IMG/VR virus record: IMGVR_UViG_3300002026_000045
Location: 40,159 to 104,158 of that record
DNA length: 64,000 bases
Strand: one strand, 5' to 3'
DNA from: a virus
Below are positions 20,564 to 31,908 of the stretch, in pieces. Numbering within the stretch: the stretch's first letter is position 1; every line of letters starts with the position of its first letter. Made by a program: the position numbers and the translations under genes. The notes under the pieces are model-generated. The model worked only from the letters and a program-made list of their open reading frames with translations. It did not search any database and had not been told where the DNA came from.

Positions 20564-20944
20564 TTATTTTGGCTGATCTTGTTGAACAAAATAGTCAATT
20601 GGTTTTTCTAATCGTTGGTTGTTCATAAGAAAATTCTTCGGACCGTAGTACCATGATTTTTTATGCACAGCCAATTTATCCTTAAACCCGCTTTGACCGT
20701 TTTGCACTGTATTAACAATAATCGATGTAGATATATTTGAAACTTCTGACAACCATTCATTGTTGCCCATATCACTACGGTACAAATATACAGTGTAGAT
20801 GTTTGGCGACGTCTTTAAGTAAAACGCCAAATCTTCTATTTCTGACACTTCTGGGTCAATGATTACCACAGTGTGCGCAACAGTGTTGACTAAATCTGGT
20901 GGCGTGACTATATTACTAAACTGTTCTTTAGTGTCGATATCCAT
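20564..20944 (-). CDS. Hypothetical protein
   Basis: 126 aa ORF with SD. Confidence 0.6.
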   Translation of the reverse strand: MDIDTKEQFSNIVTPPDLVNTVAHTVVIIDPEVSEIEDLAFYLKTSPNIYTVYLYRSDMGNNEWLSEVSNISTSIIVNTVQNGQSGFKDKLAVHKKSWYYGPKNFLMNNQRLEKPIDYFVQQDQPK

Positions 20945-20958
20945 GTAAATTCCTTTAA

Positions 20959-23130
20959 TTAAGTTGATGTTTTGCGAAGATATTCAGCAATTTGCTCTTG
21001 CTCAGTAGGGTTAAGATCATCTATGTCATATTCCCCATTGCCTACTTTTTCTACTAACAACTTTATATATTCTTCGTCATACGCAAATGCGTCAGTATTG
21101 GTTTTATCAATTTCAATCCAACGTGTGCCTACCCACTTAAACAACTTGCTTGGCAAAAAGTCTACTCGTAAAAACAAATCTCCACGAATTGGGTTAGATG
21201 GAAATTGAGTCCCAAAACTTGCATTGCCACCCATTGGGAATGTGTCTACTTTTGCAGTAAAATCTGGTAAACTTACTGTTTTTTTGCTTGGTAGTAACGG
21301 ACCTGACGCAAGAACGTGTGGTGGCTGTACATGTGCAATAACCTTTTCTTCCATTGGTTCAACTGGCTGTTCTACCACTGGCGGTGCAATTTCTACCTCA
21401 TCAAATTGAGCAATAATTTCAGGTGGGGTAACTTCAACTGGTGGAAGTTCTACAACTTCTTCAATTACTTCTTCAATTATTGGCTCAACTACTGGCAAAA
21501 TTTCTTCTATTTCTGCTACAGCTTGTGCTTCTTGTTTAATGAAGTATTTTGGCTTATCGTAAAAATAAACTGCCTCGAACGCTTTTTTTGCCACTTCAGG
21601 ATTAGTTAATGTTCCACTCAGTGGCTGTTCTTCAATTATCAGCTCTACTACAGGTTCTACTACAGGAGCAACTTCTTCATTAACTTCAACTGGCGGGGCA
21701 ATTTCGGTAATAAAATCTGAATAATCAATGTCATCGCTACTTGCTGCGAATGCTGTATCTGCTATAGTAACAGTCACAGGCATAGCATCAAGTTTAGTTT
21801 TTTCTACCGTATTTGTTAATTCTGCAATGAGAGAGGTAAGTTGTGAAATAGTATTTGACGATGTTGCTAATTTACTATCAAGTTTTGCTATCGCAGCAGA
21901 CAACCCTTGCCGCTCCATTGTCGCAGTCTCTTTTGCTGACGCTAATTCTTGCTCAACTGTTGCCTTTAACGCTACTAACTCATCATACTCAGAAATAAGA
22001 ACTGCCAATTCTTTAGTTAGTGTTTCATTTTCAGATAAGTGCGCGGAGCATTCTTCTTCTATTGCTGATTTTTCTTTTGACAAATCGTCAGACAATTTTA
22101 ATATATCTGCAAGCACTAAATTAGCTGCCAATAACTCTTGTGTGGCTTTTTCTTTGGCAATAATTTGCTCTTGGATAATGGCGTCACGAAGTTTTTGCTC
22201 TGCCTCATTAGATTCAGCTGCAATAGCAGAGAACCTATTCCATTCATCTAGTTTAACTTTTTCGTACTCAGCAGCACATTCTGCTTTGGTTACTTCAATA
22301 GCATTGTGCACTTTTTGTTGAATATTTATTTCAAGCTCTGCTATATCTTCTTCTTCATCTATTCGTTTTCTATCAATTTTAGACCAGTCGATAGACGTAG
22401 TTGCAGCTAGGATAAGGACAATAGCAAGCGGGTCAAACACAAACACAATAATAATAATGACCCATCTTACTGCGTCTTCTAACATATTTTGATCGGCGTT
22501 GTTTCCATAAATTAACGCTGCTATGTATTTTATAGGTCCAACCTCTGCTTCAACTTTGCGATACTGACTAGCAATAGGTGCCCGTTTCTCTTGAAGGACT
22601 GCAATTTCTTTTTGTGCTAAATCTATGTCACCCTGTAACTTAGCTCGTTCCTTTTGCTGTGATCTACGAAGATTTGCTGCCTTAGTAGCTCCTGTTTCAT
22701 CAGTAGTACGCGCAAGTAATTGATCCACTGCGCCATCCATCTGCACTAATGCCTTGCGGGATGCATCAATATTATCTCGTTGCGTTTTTATTTTCTCATC
22801 AAACAATGATACTTGTGCTTGAATATCACCAGTTGGGGTTGCTTGATCTAAGTGAGCTTTACTTAGGTAACCAAAAATGCCCATGCTTGTAATTAGCATT
22901 AGCACACCAACCGCAGTAACAAGGTACGCTTTTATCTTATACGAAGCCCGATCCCAGTTATAGTGTAGCCACAATGTTGTCACTACTTTGCCTGCTTCCA
23001 ATACTGCACCCATGGTGACGATTGGCCAGAAGGCACCTGCGAAAATTGCAGTTAAACCTACTATGCTGTAATACGCTGCGATGCCAGATATGCAAAGAGC
23101 AGTGAGAAGAGTTGTAAAACCTAGAAACAT
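20959..23130 (-). CDS. Membrane-anchored coiled-coil protein with acidic Pro/Glu-rich stalk
   Basis: N-terminal transmembrane helices, EVGPIKY..FDPLA, long coiled coil, C-terminal FGTQFP..P..GDLFLRVD domain. Confidence 0.65.
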   Translation of the reverse strand: MFLGFTTLLTALCISGIAAYYSIVGLTAIFAGAFWPIVTMGAVLEAGKVVTTLWLHYNWDRASYKIKAYLVTAVGVLMLITSMGIFGYLSKAHLDQATPTGDIQAQVSLFDEKIKTQRDNIDASRKALVQMDGAVDQLLARTTDETGATKAANLRRSQQKERAKLQGDIDLAQKEIAVLQEKRAPIASQYRKVEAEVGPIKYIAALIYGNNADQNMLEDAVRWVIIIIVFVFDPLAIVLILAATTSIDWSKIDRKRIDEEEDIAELEINIQQKVHNAIEVTKAECAAEYEKVKLDEWNRFSAIAAESNEAEQKLRDAIIQEQIIAKEKATQELLAANLVLADILKLSDDLSKEKSAIEEECSAHLSENETLTKELAVLISEYDELVALKATVEQELASAKETATMERQGLSAAIAKLDSKLATSSNTISQLTSLIAELTNTVEKTKLDAMPVTVTIADTAFAASSDDIDYSDFITEIAPPVEVNEEVAPVVEPVVELIIEEQPLSGTLTNPEVAKKAFEAVYFYDKPKYFIKQEAQAVAEIEEILPVVEPIIEEVIEEVVELPPVEVTPPEIIAQFDEVEIAPPVVEQPVEPMEEKVIAHVQPPHVLASGPLLPSKKTVSLPDFTAKVDTFPMGGNASFGTQFPSNPIRGDLFLRVDFLPSKLFKWVGTRWIEIDKTNTDAFAYDEEYIKLLVEKVGNGEYDIDDLNPTEQEQIAEYLRKTST

Positions 23131-23196
23131 TGAATATTTATCCTTGCTAACTTAACATTTTAGCAAGAGATAACTTATAAATCAAATGCAATGAGT

Positions 23197-23364
23197 TTAT
23201 TTCCAAGGTCGACCTTGGATTGGTGACTTGAGCGAAGTGTCAAGAGTATGTAGTGGGCGGTAACCTGGTGTTCCTACTGCGCTTCGTTTTGTTTTAGCCA
23301 GCGCGAGTTTGGCTGCTTTACGAGCAGCCTTTGATGGTAATGTTGATATTCCGTTTTGCGACAT
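23197..23364 (-). CDS. Small basic late protein (55 aa, not in ORF track)
   Basis: MSQNGISTLPSKAARKAAKLALAK...GRPWK; AGGAG SD and ATAAATA promoter. Confidence 0.65.
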   Translation of the reverse strand: MSQNGISTLPSKAARKAAKLALAKTKRSAVGTPGYRPLHTLDTSLKSPIQGRPWK

Positions 23365-23426
23365 GTAGGTAATCTCCTACATGTATTTATTACTTTTTAA
23401 GTAACCACAACATTACTACAACCACG

Positions 23427-23726
23427 TTATCTTACCTTGTTAGCAAGAGTGGCATACATTAGACGCTTATCAACCTCATCAGCAAAATCTGGAAATATAG
23501 CAAACAGTTGAAATGCATCAACCTCTTTATACTTTGATTCTTTTGTGCGCTTTACCTTCATCAGTGAAAACTGGGAATCGTGCTTTTTAAAACTAATTGC
23601 TTTGCCACGTGCTCCCCAGCCAGCGTACCACGATCCGCCAGCTTTAAATGCGGCCCATACCTTATCGTGTTTGTGGCCAGCAACTTCTTCGTTGCACCAC
23701 CCAATATAATCAAAATCAATGCTCAC
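23427..23726 (-). CDS. Hypothetical protein (WGR-like)
   Basis: HDKVW...WGARG. Confidence 0.5.
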   Translation of the reverse strand: MSIDFDYIGWCNEEVAGHKHDKVWAAFKAGGSWYAGWGARGKAISFKKHDSQFSLMKVKRTKESKYKEVDAFQLFAIFPDFADEVDKRLMYATLANKVR

Positions 23727-24083
23727 TCTATCACCCCAATGTAAATTTCCGTAAGTATTCGCTGGCGTCTGACACGTCTAAGTCCGCATCCCAAATCTCG
23801 TTGTCTTGCGCATCCTGGATTAAAAAATCAGTGCCTGGATGCGTGTTAGCAAAAGTCGGCACTTTGGCAATAAGCCCAATGGATATCAAATATCCAAGCA
23901 ATTCTCTGTCTTTGTCATTCATTCTGTGTCCTCACTGAGCAACTCAAACAACCCAGCCAACGCTTCTTTCTCAGCAACAGTAGTTGAAAAATCAACGGCT
24001 GGACGACCAGAAATAAGTGATTGAACAATGGATTCAAATGCAGTCATAATATACTCCTTAATACCGTTTTATCTACAGTTCAT

Positions 24084-24112
24084 ATTATAATGCCATCTAA
24101 TCAAAAAGTCAA
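24084..24112 (-). promoter_or_regulatory. sigma70 early promoter
   Basis: TTGACT-N17-TATAAT. Confidence 0.75.
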
Positions 24113-25158
24113 CTATTTAATTCTTTGACTACAGTCTCAACTCTGTGCCCTTGCGGGCCAGATAGCAACGTGTATTTCGTATCAGTATATTGTAGCATTT
24201 TTACAACAAAATCATGCCCTTTTTGTCTAAACACTTCATCTTGCCGTGTGCCATCTTGCACCATCGGAAAGTCAGGAGCGCATACAAACACTTTATCATA
24301 GCGGGAAAATGACTCCATAGCCAAAAAACGCAATTCCTTAGACACAGAGGAAAACCATTCTTGTGAGTAAAACATAGTAGTTAACGCTGAGGAGTCGCAT
24401 AGCAGCGGAGTATCAACTCTGCCTAACGCTAATTCTCTTTCTTCACGAGCAATTTGTGATTCTGCAATAAACTGCATTTGCTCGTATTCTAAATGGTGAT
24501 CACAAAAATCATAATAATCTCTACCAAATTCGTATGCTGCGTTAGTAGATAGAAAATCAGTTAAGTATTTGATGATGGAAGTTTTTCCGGTTGATTCTCC
24601 ACCCAAAAACACAACTTTTTTCCTAAAAGATGGCAACACATACGACGGCAACATCTCTGTTATTAACTTAGTTTCAAAGTTTGATTCTCTTAATTGCGTC
24701 CCTGAAACATTAAATTCAGTTCTTTCTATATCAATTATAAGATGCTTTACACTAAACTCTTTATTGAACTTATTTGTAAAGTATGTTGACAGAAATTGAG
24801 CAAATCCTGGTATATAAGATTCAGACCCGAATACTATTTGTACACTAGTGTTTAACTCGTTAAACAAATAATCTGCACAGAATTGTCGGTGTGATAATTC
24901 TGAGTCATTGTCGTTAGGAATTTTAGTGGCTAATGGGTCAATTACAACTATTTTAACACGGTGTTCTACTTTGTGATGCTTAGTAAATTTTATCAGCCAG
25001 CTTTTTCGCTCATCTGCGCTGCACTTATCTACAATCAACGACGTGTAGCTCATCACAATAAGATTGTCGCAGACACCAAGGGCGTCAGACAATACTTTTT
25101 CGTGCCCTTTGTGAAATGGGGCAAATTTCCCTACAACTAATCCAGTATGGTAATTCAT
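24109..25158 (-). CDS. nadR: NadR-like bifunctional NMN adenylyltransferase / ribosylnicotinamide kinase
   Basis: GKFAPFHKGH, VSGT.LR, GGESTGKT, EFGRDY, QDGTR. Confidence 0.9.
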   Translation of the reverse strand: MNYHTGLVVGKFAPFHKGHEKVLSDALGVCDNLIVMSYTSLIVDKCSADERKSWLIKFTKHHKVEHRVKIVVIDPLATKIPNDNDSELSHRQFCADYLFNELNTSVQIVFGSESYIPGFAQFLSTYFTNKFNKEFSVKHLIIDIERTEFNVSGTQLRESNFETKLITEMLPSYVLPSFRKKVVFLGGESTGKTSIIKYLTDFLSTNAAYEFGRDYYDFCDHHLEYEQMQFIAESQIAREERELALGRVDTPLLCDSSALTTMFYSQEWFSSVSKELRFLAMESFSRYDKVFVCAPDFPMVQDGTRQDEVFRQKGHDFVVKMLQYTDTKYTLLSGPQGHRVETVVKELNS

Positions 25159-25554
25159 GCCATCATTGTAGTACATTGCGAGGAAATCCGCAATCACCAA
25201 TTAAATCATTTATTTTCTATTTTAGCAATTAGTTCGCGCATTTGTGTAATTGCTATTGCTGCATCCTCGAGAAGGTCAGCAATTCTGTCTGGCTTTCCCT
25301 CTTGCACAGACTTTCGTGTAGAGATTTGCCGACGAATTTCAGCTCGCTTGTTCAAGCGGTAAACAATATCGTTTTCATCCATATTCAAGTAATATTTTTA
25401 AAATAAAGATAAAATACATACATCCACGCAATGCCCACTAGGCTACCAAATGCGAGGAATATAAATTGTGATAAGGATAAATCAAACATATTTTATGTAA
25501 TGTTATAATAACTGCTATTGTAGCATTACAATGTGTAAAAATCAAATAATTTGA

Positions 25555-26514
25555 TTAGAATGTAATTGTCCAAGTGCCTGGTGTAAGCCATTGGTAAATC
25601 TTATTACCACCGACATTGGTAATCGTTGGAGATCCTGTTACACTCACTGGATCTTTGTATGTATTGGGATAGGTAATAATAACAATTCCAGACCCTCCAT
25701 TACCGCCAACGTTCTGACCGTATCCAGCACCTCCACCACTACCGGTGTTGGCAGATCCTGGTAAGCCATTATACCCCCCACTAGTATAGGCTATGCCCCA
25801 CCCTACTCCATAAAACCCAGCACCACCTGCAGCATAATACACAACTGACCCTGTTATAGTTAGTTCTAAACTTTCACCACCATTGCCTCCACCTACTCCG
25901 TACACTGTACTAGTTCCTGCTGTTTTAGCTCCACCGCCTCCACCACCACCACCCGCAGATGATCCCCCACCTCCACCATATCCTTGGCCAGAACTACCTG
26001 TGCCACCTACACTGCCGGCACCACGTCCGCCGCCACCAGAACCACCTGCCGCACCATTATTAGATACTGTAGTATAACAGCCACCCCCACCCCCACCAAT
26101 GCATTCTATAGTAACATGGTTCCCAGACAATAAAGAGTTGGCCCCGTTATCCCCTCGCGCCGCCTGGTTACCATTTTTCCCAGCACCGCCGCCCCCAACA
26201 GTTACAGTATAAGCAATGCCAGCAACAATATTTGACATAGTGCCTTGTAAAAGACCTCCTGCCCCACCACCTCCACCGCTAGTACCAGAAGGACTTCCAC
26301 CACCCCCACCCCCACCCCCAGCAACTACTAAGTAATTTATAGAAGGTGTGGCCATTGATTTTCCATGCCCATTGCTCATAGAAATAGCGCCACTGGCTAT
26401 CCCAAACAGAGTACGGACATTTGTTTGATTTAACGAAATTGCTGTAGTTGATGCTAGTCCAAGTTCTGTGTTTACTTGTGATAATGAAATTGATCCTGAT
26501 GCTGGTAACGCCAT
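25555..26514 (-). CDS. Glycine-rich virion/adhesin-like protein
   Basis: MALPASGSISLSQVNTELG N-terminus; YLVVAGGGGGG...ANTGSGGG...GGSGIVII glycine-rich domain. Confidence 0.7.
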   Translation of the reverse strand: MALPASGSISLSQVNTELGLASTTAISLNQTNVRTLFGIASGAISMSNGHGKSMATPSINYLVVAGGGGGGGGSPSGTSGGGGGAGGLLQGTMSNIVAGIAYTVTVGGGGAGKNGNQAARGDNGANSLLSGNHVTIECIGGGGGGCYTTVSNNGAAGGSGGGGRGAGSVGGTGSSGQGYGGGGGSSAGGGGGGGGAKTAGTSTVYGVGGGNGGESLELTITGSVVYYAAGGAGFYGVGWGIAYTSGGYNGLPGSANTGSGGGAGYGQNVGGNGGSGIVIITYPNTYKDPVSVTGSPTITNVGGNKIYQWLTPGTWTITF

Positions 26515-27430
26515 ATGATATCCTTTTGGTCACCAGTATTTATTTGATCATTCATTTATAGCTCGTGTCCACAATGTGGACATTTATTTCTCTTTCCTTG
26601 CAACAGCTTTTTCAATTTCCTGCAATCTGATACGAGATCTTTTATAATCTTCCTTGACCTATCTTTTTTAGATTTTTGCAGTTCTTGCTTTAGTTTATCC
26701 TTCATTTTAGCAAGCTTAGTTTCAAAGATTTGTATGTAACCAGTTAAATCGCTCATGCAGTTTCCTTAATTTTTTGCCATACTTTATACAACACCCTCAT
26801 TGAGATAGCGTCTGGATGTTCAGGTGAATGGTCTACACTATCACAATATATTGGCTCCCATGAATACTGCCAAAGCTTAAAGTGATTCCTAATGTGGGCG
26901 CACAAAGAAAAATGATAGTCGTGCAAATCTTTAAACGACGAATTCTTAAATACAATTTGCTCATCGACTGTTGCTTCGTCTAACCACTTCAAGACTTCAA
27001 CAACCATTTCGTCATCTGTTGGTCTACTCATTATTAATGCCAAGTGTGTCAGGCGAATGGTCAAGCAAGGTGACGCCTTCACTGATGTAAAAAGCCGCAT
27101 CTTCATCACAAATCGTTACTGTTAAATCAGAGTGAAGCAAATCATAGTCAATAAACGACTTGTCATCATCTGAATATACACGAAAACGATATTTACCGTC
27201 CATACAGTAAATTAGTTGTCCGGTGGCTCCATTTGCAGTTTCAATTTTCATTTTTATCTCCACAATCCATACGCCATGGGCAAGTTGATAAAGCTTGCGT
27301 AGAGCAGTCATCTAACCCGTAGCAATGTGGAGGCTCAGTGCCTCTAATCTCAATAATTTGCTTGACAATCATTGCTCGCGTGTTACCCAACGTTGCTTCT
27401 GTATCAAGTAGAGTTTGCATAACATCCATC

Positions 27431-28015
27431 TTATTCTCCGTATTCCGCAAAAAATCTCTCTATATTTGCTTTTGCTTTTGCTTCAACATGCGTCCGCATA
27501 AAATCAGTGTGGTAAATGTGCTCGCGGCAATGGAGGAAGTTAACCAGAAAATTAGCGCACTTTTTTCTGTCCTCGTTAATGTTACCGCCGTATTCTTTGA
27601 TGATGTTGTCCTGGTGCCTAATAAAGTCATCCCAAGGATCAGCTAGCCTGCACAGGTCAGAGTCTAGCAGTGTAGCAATATCACCACGTAATGGCAATGA
27701 GTTTAAGTGCGTCTCAATCGTTGTGTATTCAATTAACTGGCAGGCTCGTGCAATTACATTACGGCTAATGTTAAACCGTGCTGAATCATTTTTAAGTGCG
27801 GCAGATGAACAATACTCATTTGCACCGCAGTTTGCACCTGGAATGTAAATTGCATCGTGCCAGTGTGCAGCTAAACAAAGTTCATCCGTCACTGTGTCAA
27901 TCTTTAGTGCATTGCGATACACATCCACCGCATGATCCCAGTTGTGGTAAGGGCGGTAATTAAAATTATACCAACGCTCTGCAACCATGCAAAGCTGTTC
28001 AATTTCTTTGTTCAT
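27431..28015 (-). CDS. HD-superfamily phosphohydrolase
   Basis: RPYHNWDH, AHWHDAIY, NEYCS, LDSDL. Confidence 0.8.
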   Translation of the reverse strand: MNKEIEQLCMVAERWYNFNYRPYHNWDHAVDVYRNALKIDTVTDELCLAAHWHDAIYIPGANCGANEYCSSAALKNDSARFNISRNVIARACQLIEYTTIETHLNSLPLRGDIATLLDSDLCRLADPWDDFIRHQDNIIKEYGGNINEDRKKCANFLVNFLHCREHIYHTDFMRTHVEAKAKANIERFFAEYGE

Positions 28016-28621
28016 ATTATTTCAGGTAACTCCCATTTTCCACTTTTAACAATACCATCTAAGATATGCGGCAACGGTAGCCGTTTTCGTTTTTTGCAGC
28101 ACCACACGATTGGACCATACATCTCATCTTTGGCATAATGGTCATACAGGTCTTGAAGATCCTCGTAGTTAATACTTTCTGCATCTGCACACCTGTCAAA
28201 CGTATCGTTACAATTTACTGCAATAGCAAACGTTTTTTGAGCGTCAGTTGGCCAACTTTCTTTCCACCAATGTTCATTTAAAATGATAACTTCATTTGCA
28301 AGAAGAATTGCTAGAGCATTAGTTTCTTCAAATATAAGTTCACTATCTGGTTTGTCTGGGTATAACCGTGTACCATCCGCTTTGCAGCGAGACCAATCCA
28401 TTGCAAAATACGCAGACTTTATACTAGTATTCATTACTTATAATCCTTTGGAATTGGTACGCCAATTATTTTGCATTTTTGATCTCGTGGTAAAGATTTT
28501 TCACATTCTGCGATAGCGTTATTATACACATTTCTTGTTGACGTTGGCACGTATTCTGACAATGTGGCAGCGCCAACAAAACCAGCAAGAATACCCCAAC
28601 AAAATATTAAAAATCCATCTC

Positions 28622-29227
28622 TCATTTTAATTTCCACGTAGTTAATTGTTCAGCATACAACCGTTTCCAGTGCTGCATAGACACAATAGCGTTAATCCAA
28701 AACGCACCATACAAGATGGAAGTCAAATACAATTCCCTTGACCAAAATAGCGGAACAGACAACGTGTTAACTAAAATCCAAATCTTCCATGTTTGAGCAC
28801 TACGCGACATAAGCAATAACTGTGCTACTACAGAAAATGCCAAAACGGTTGAGTCTACCCATGGCGCATACGCATTAGTAAATTTAGATAACAAGAAACC
28901 ATATACAACTGTCACAAGCAATGCTACTGCAATATATATTGCCATTGTTTTAGTTGGCGCATAATTGATTGGCAACGACTTTCGACTATTGCTATCTTCA
29001 TACCCGTATAGCCACTTTACCCAGCCAAGCACACCAGTGACAAGAAAGAAAATTTGCAATGTAGCGTCTGCATACAATTGCACATTGTAAAACATAATCC
29101 CATATAAAATGCATCCCACAATACCAGTCCACCAAGTGTGGATATTGTTGCGACCTGCAAGAACAATGCAAACAACTGTAAAAAAGTTTGCAGCAAGTTC
29201 TAGTGGTGTCCAAGTAAACCAGTTCAT
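28622..29227 (-). CDS. pnuC: Nicotinamide riboside transporter PnuC
   Basis: Multi-TM protein with LYADATLQIFF, GW..W, PWVDS, VAQLL, WILVN. Confidence 0.9.
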   Translation of the reverse strand: MNWFTWTPLELAANFFTVVCIVLAGRNNIHTWWTGIVGCILYGIMFYNVQLYADATLQIFFLVTGVLGWVKWLYGYEDSNSRKSLPINYAPTKTMAIYIAVALLVTVVYGFLLSKFTNAYAPWVDSTVLAFSVVAQLLLMSRSAQTWKIWILVNTLSVPLFWSRELYLTSILYGAFWINAIVSMQHWKRLYAEQLTTWKLK

Positions 29228-29229
29228 AG

Positions 29230-31807
29230 TCAATCCTTAATTCTTTCAAATTTACTAACATACCCCGCATACTCAGACGCTGGTATACGATACGAATCTG
29301 CATCTTTGCAAATGTTAACACATTCAGCAATAATTAATTTTGCAAACTGATTAGCAAACTCATACGGGATATACATACGGTCCATGTCTCCGTCTGGATC
29401 AGGACCATTCATGGCGTCACACATTGCTTTTGCCATTATAGATTTAATTTTTTTGTTCATTTTGTTTTACACACCGCCGGAGTTTGATTAAACAATACAT
29501 CAACAGTTGTGGATACCCCAACTGCAAATATAATTAGCATTAGCGCCGTGCCAACTCCTTTGGCAAAATAAGGAATTATGGTTCTGTCCATTGTTTTTTC
29601 TCCTCTGGACAATAATCAATTACTGGACACTGGTCACAAGTCCACACGTTGCCCAACTTAGCTGCTGACAACATACACCCCCACGCTCGGTCTGATTCTT
29701 TGCTAGGTGACGAATCGCATACTCGAGTACACAATTCTTGCAACTTCTTCTCTGCATACAATGCTCTTGCGAGTTTTGCATTTACGAGTGATTGATACTC
29801 GTCTTCATTTAAAATGTATTGCATATTACAGTTTACTCTTAATGCAACGGTATTTTTCAGTAGGTATGGCTAAGGTGCGGGCCGCATCTTCACACAGAAC
29901 TTTTGATGAAGTGTATCCTGGAGCACCAGTAAATTCTCCCATTGGCCGCCAATCATAATTTTTGTTATACTGGCCACTTACTGCCACTACTGTCCAAATT
30001 ACCAAAATATAACTACCCATTATTTTTTACTCCATACGCTGTATGCCGGTTTAAATTTACTTGCTTGCAAAATTTTAAGCGGAACTCTACGATAGTCATA
30101 CCAATCGTTGTTGTCAAGCATAGGATGTGGATGCGCCTTGTTAATTAACTGGTTGTTAATTATATACGCATGCGCAGCCAATGGGTTAGCAAATTGAACT
30201 AGCCGCTTGCCATCAGTTACAAGTCGCAAATCTTTAGTAAACATAACACGAATACAAAATGACATGATAATCTCTTTTCACAGTGAGTTAATTAATGCAA
30301 TCAGTTCAGCTTTGTCTGCGTCGGTAACTTCACACATATGACCATAACCATTCTTCATGCCAGCGAACTTTTGTTCAACTGCGCTAACAATTGAATTTTT
30401 ACGTTGACGTTCAACATTTGCCGCTTTTTCAGCATACACATATTTTGCTTCAACCAGTCGCATTCCGCTGTATGATTTGCCAGCAGTGCGTTTGCTACCA
30501 TGCTTGTCATACACATCGCCGTTGTCAAGATAAATGTGGCCGTGGCCGTTGATTTTTGTGACTTTGCAGATGTTAGCTGACAAGTAGCTATGCGAACTAG
30601 ACCAAACAGTACCAACTTCATCGCCAACTTTAACTGCAAACATGTAAACTCCAATAATTTCTGTGTATGCGAGTATTATACAGCCAAAAGGCTTGACTGT
30701 CAAGCAACGATGTTGCTGAAATACTACTATTCTAATTCGTTAATCGTCTCAAACCCAACTGTTTGCACTAGTTGATAACTTGAAATTATTCGTTCATCAA
30801 GCAACCGCTCACCCATCGTGAGCAACAATTCTCGATTGTCCTCTGTTGCTGCAACTGCTCTACTACCAGTGTTCATAAGAACTTGATTAGTAGAACCAGG
30901 GTATGTGATAATTAAGTAATATTTCATAATTTAAGGTTATACATTGGTCAAAATGTATAAAGTTTCATTTATAGTTGAATCAAATGCAATTCTTACTGGC
31001 ATTGGCATTTCCAGATATCGTTCAAACCGTACGCCAGCAGGTGTAATATGAATTACTTTTTCAAAAAACGAATCCAAATCTAAATCCATTGACGTTCGTA
31101 AAATCCACGTAATACCAGTGGTATGATCATAACACTGAGTTTCAACTGCCGCCGTAAAACCATCATTTTGTACTAATACAGGATTGGTAGCTTCAAATTT
31201 ACGCTGATTAACCAGCATGCCAGAATTGATCATCATAATTTAATCCTCACTTTCATACACTGCATTAATGCTCATCTCAGCAATGGCAACAATTCTGTCA
31301 ATAGAACCGCAAAACATAGCATCAATTTCTTCTTCAGTCCTTGAAGGGAATGCCTTCATTATAAGTTCTTTTGACTCTTCAAGTTTCCAGATTGCTTGCT
31401 GCAAATCTGATATCATTTGTTGTCTTACTGTTGCCATTATAGTCCAAGCAAAGTACGCTCTTCGCTGTTAAGTTTCGCAAGTGCAGCGGTGCGAACATTA
31501 GCTCTGCGCTGTGCTTCTTCTTTTTCTGCATTAGCATATCGCAGGAAACCCTCTACCCGCTCCATGTCATATTGCACTTCCCACACTGGATTAGCTGGCG
31601 CAGTTGTTTTGAGCACTACTGATTCGTAATCATATCTAAACTCATACGTTTCAGCATCAAGTTTGGTGACTGAAAACTCAGGATTGCTAACCATTTCATA
31701 CATCAATGCAGCAAATCGAGTTGGGTACTCTGCTGAAAACAGAGCCCAATCTGCAAATTTTTCAGCATATTCACGCGCTTGGCGTTGTGCTTTTGTTTCT
31801 TTTGCCA
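29230..31807 (-). other. Cluster of small early hypothetical genes
   Basis: Abutting short ORFs with promoters at 30675-30703 and 31839-31867. Confidence 0.55.
30675..30703 (-). promoter_or_regulatory. sigma70 early promoter with TTGACAGTCAA palindrome
   Basis: TTGACA-N17-TATAAT. Confidence 0.9.
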
Positions 31808-31838
31808 TATAAATCCTTAAAATTCCACTGATGCATGC

Positions 31839-31867
31839 ATTATACAGCCAAATAAGTGAAATGTCAA
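31839..31867 (-). promoter_or_regulatory. sigma70 early promoter
   Basis: TTGACA-N17-TATAAT. Confidence 0.85.
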
Positions 31868-31870
31868 TCA

Positions 31871-31902
31871 AAAGAATGCCCTGTAATTTCAGGGCATTCT
31901 TT
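31871..31902 (-). terminator. Terminator after rIIB
   Basis: AAAGAATGCCCTG-loop-CAGGGCATTCTTT. Confidence 0.75.
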
Positions 31903-31908
31903 GTCAAA

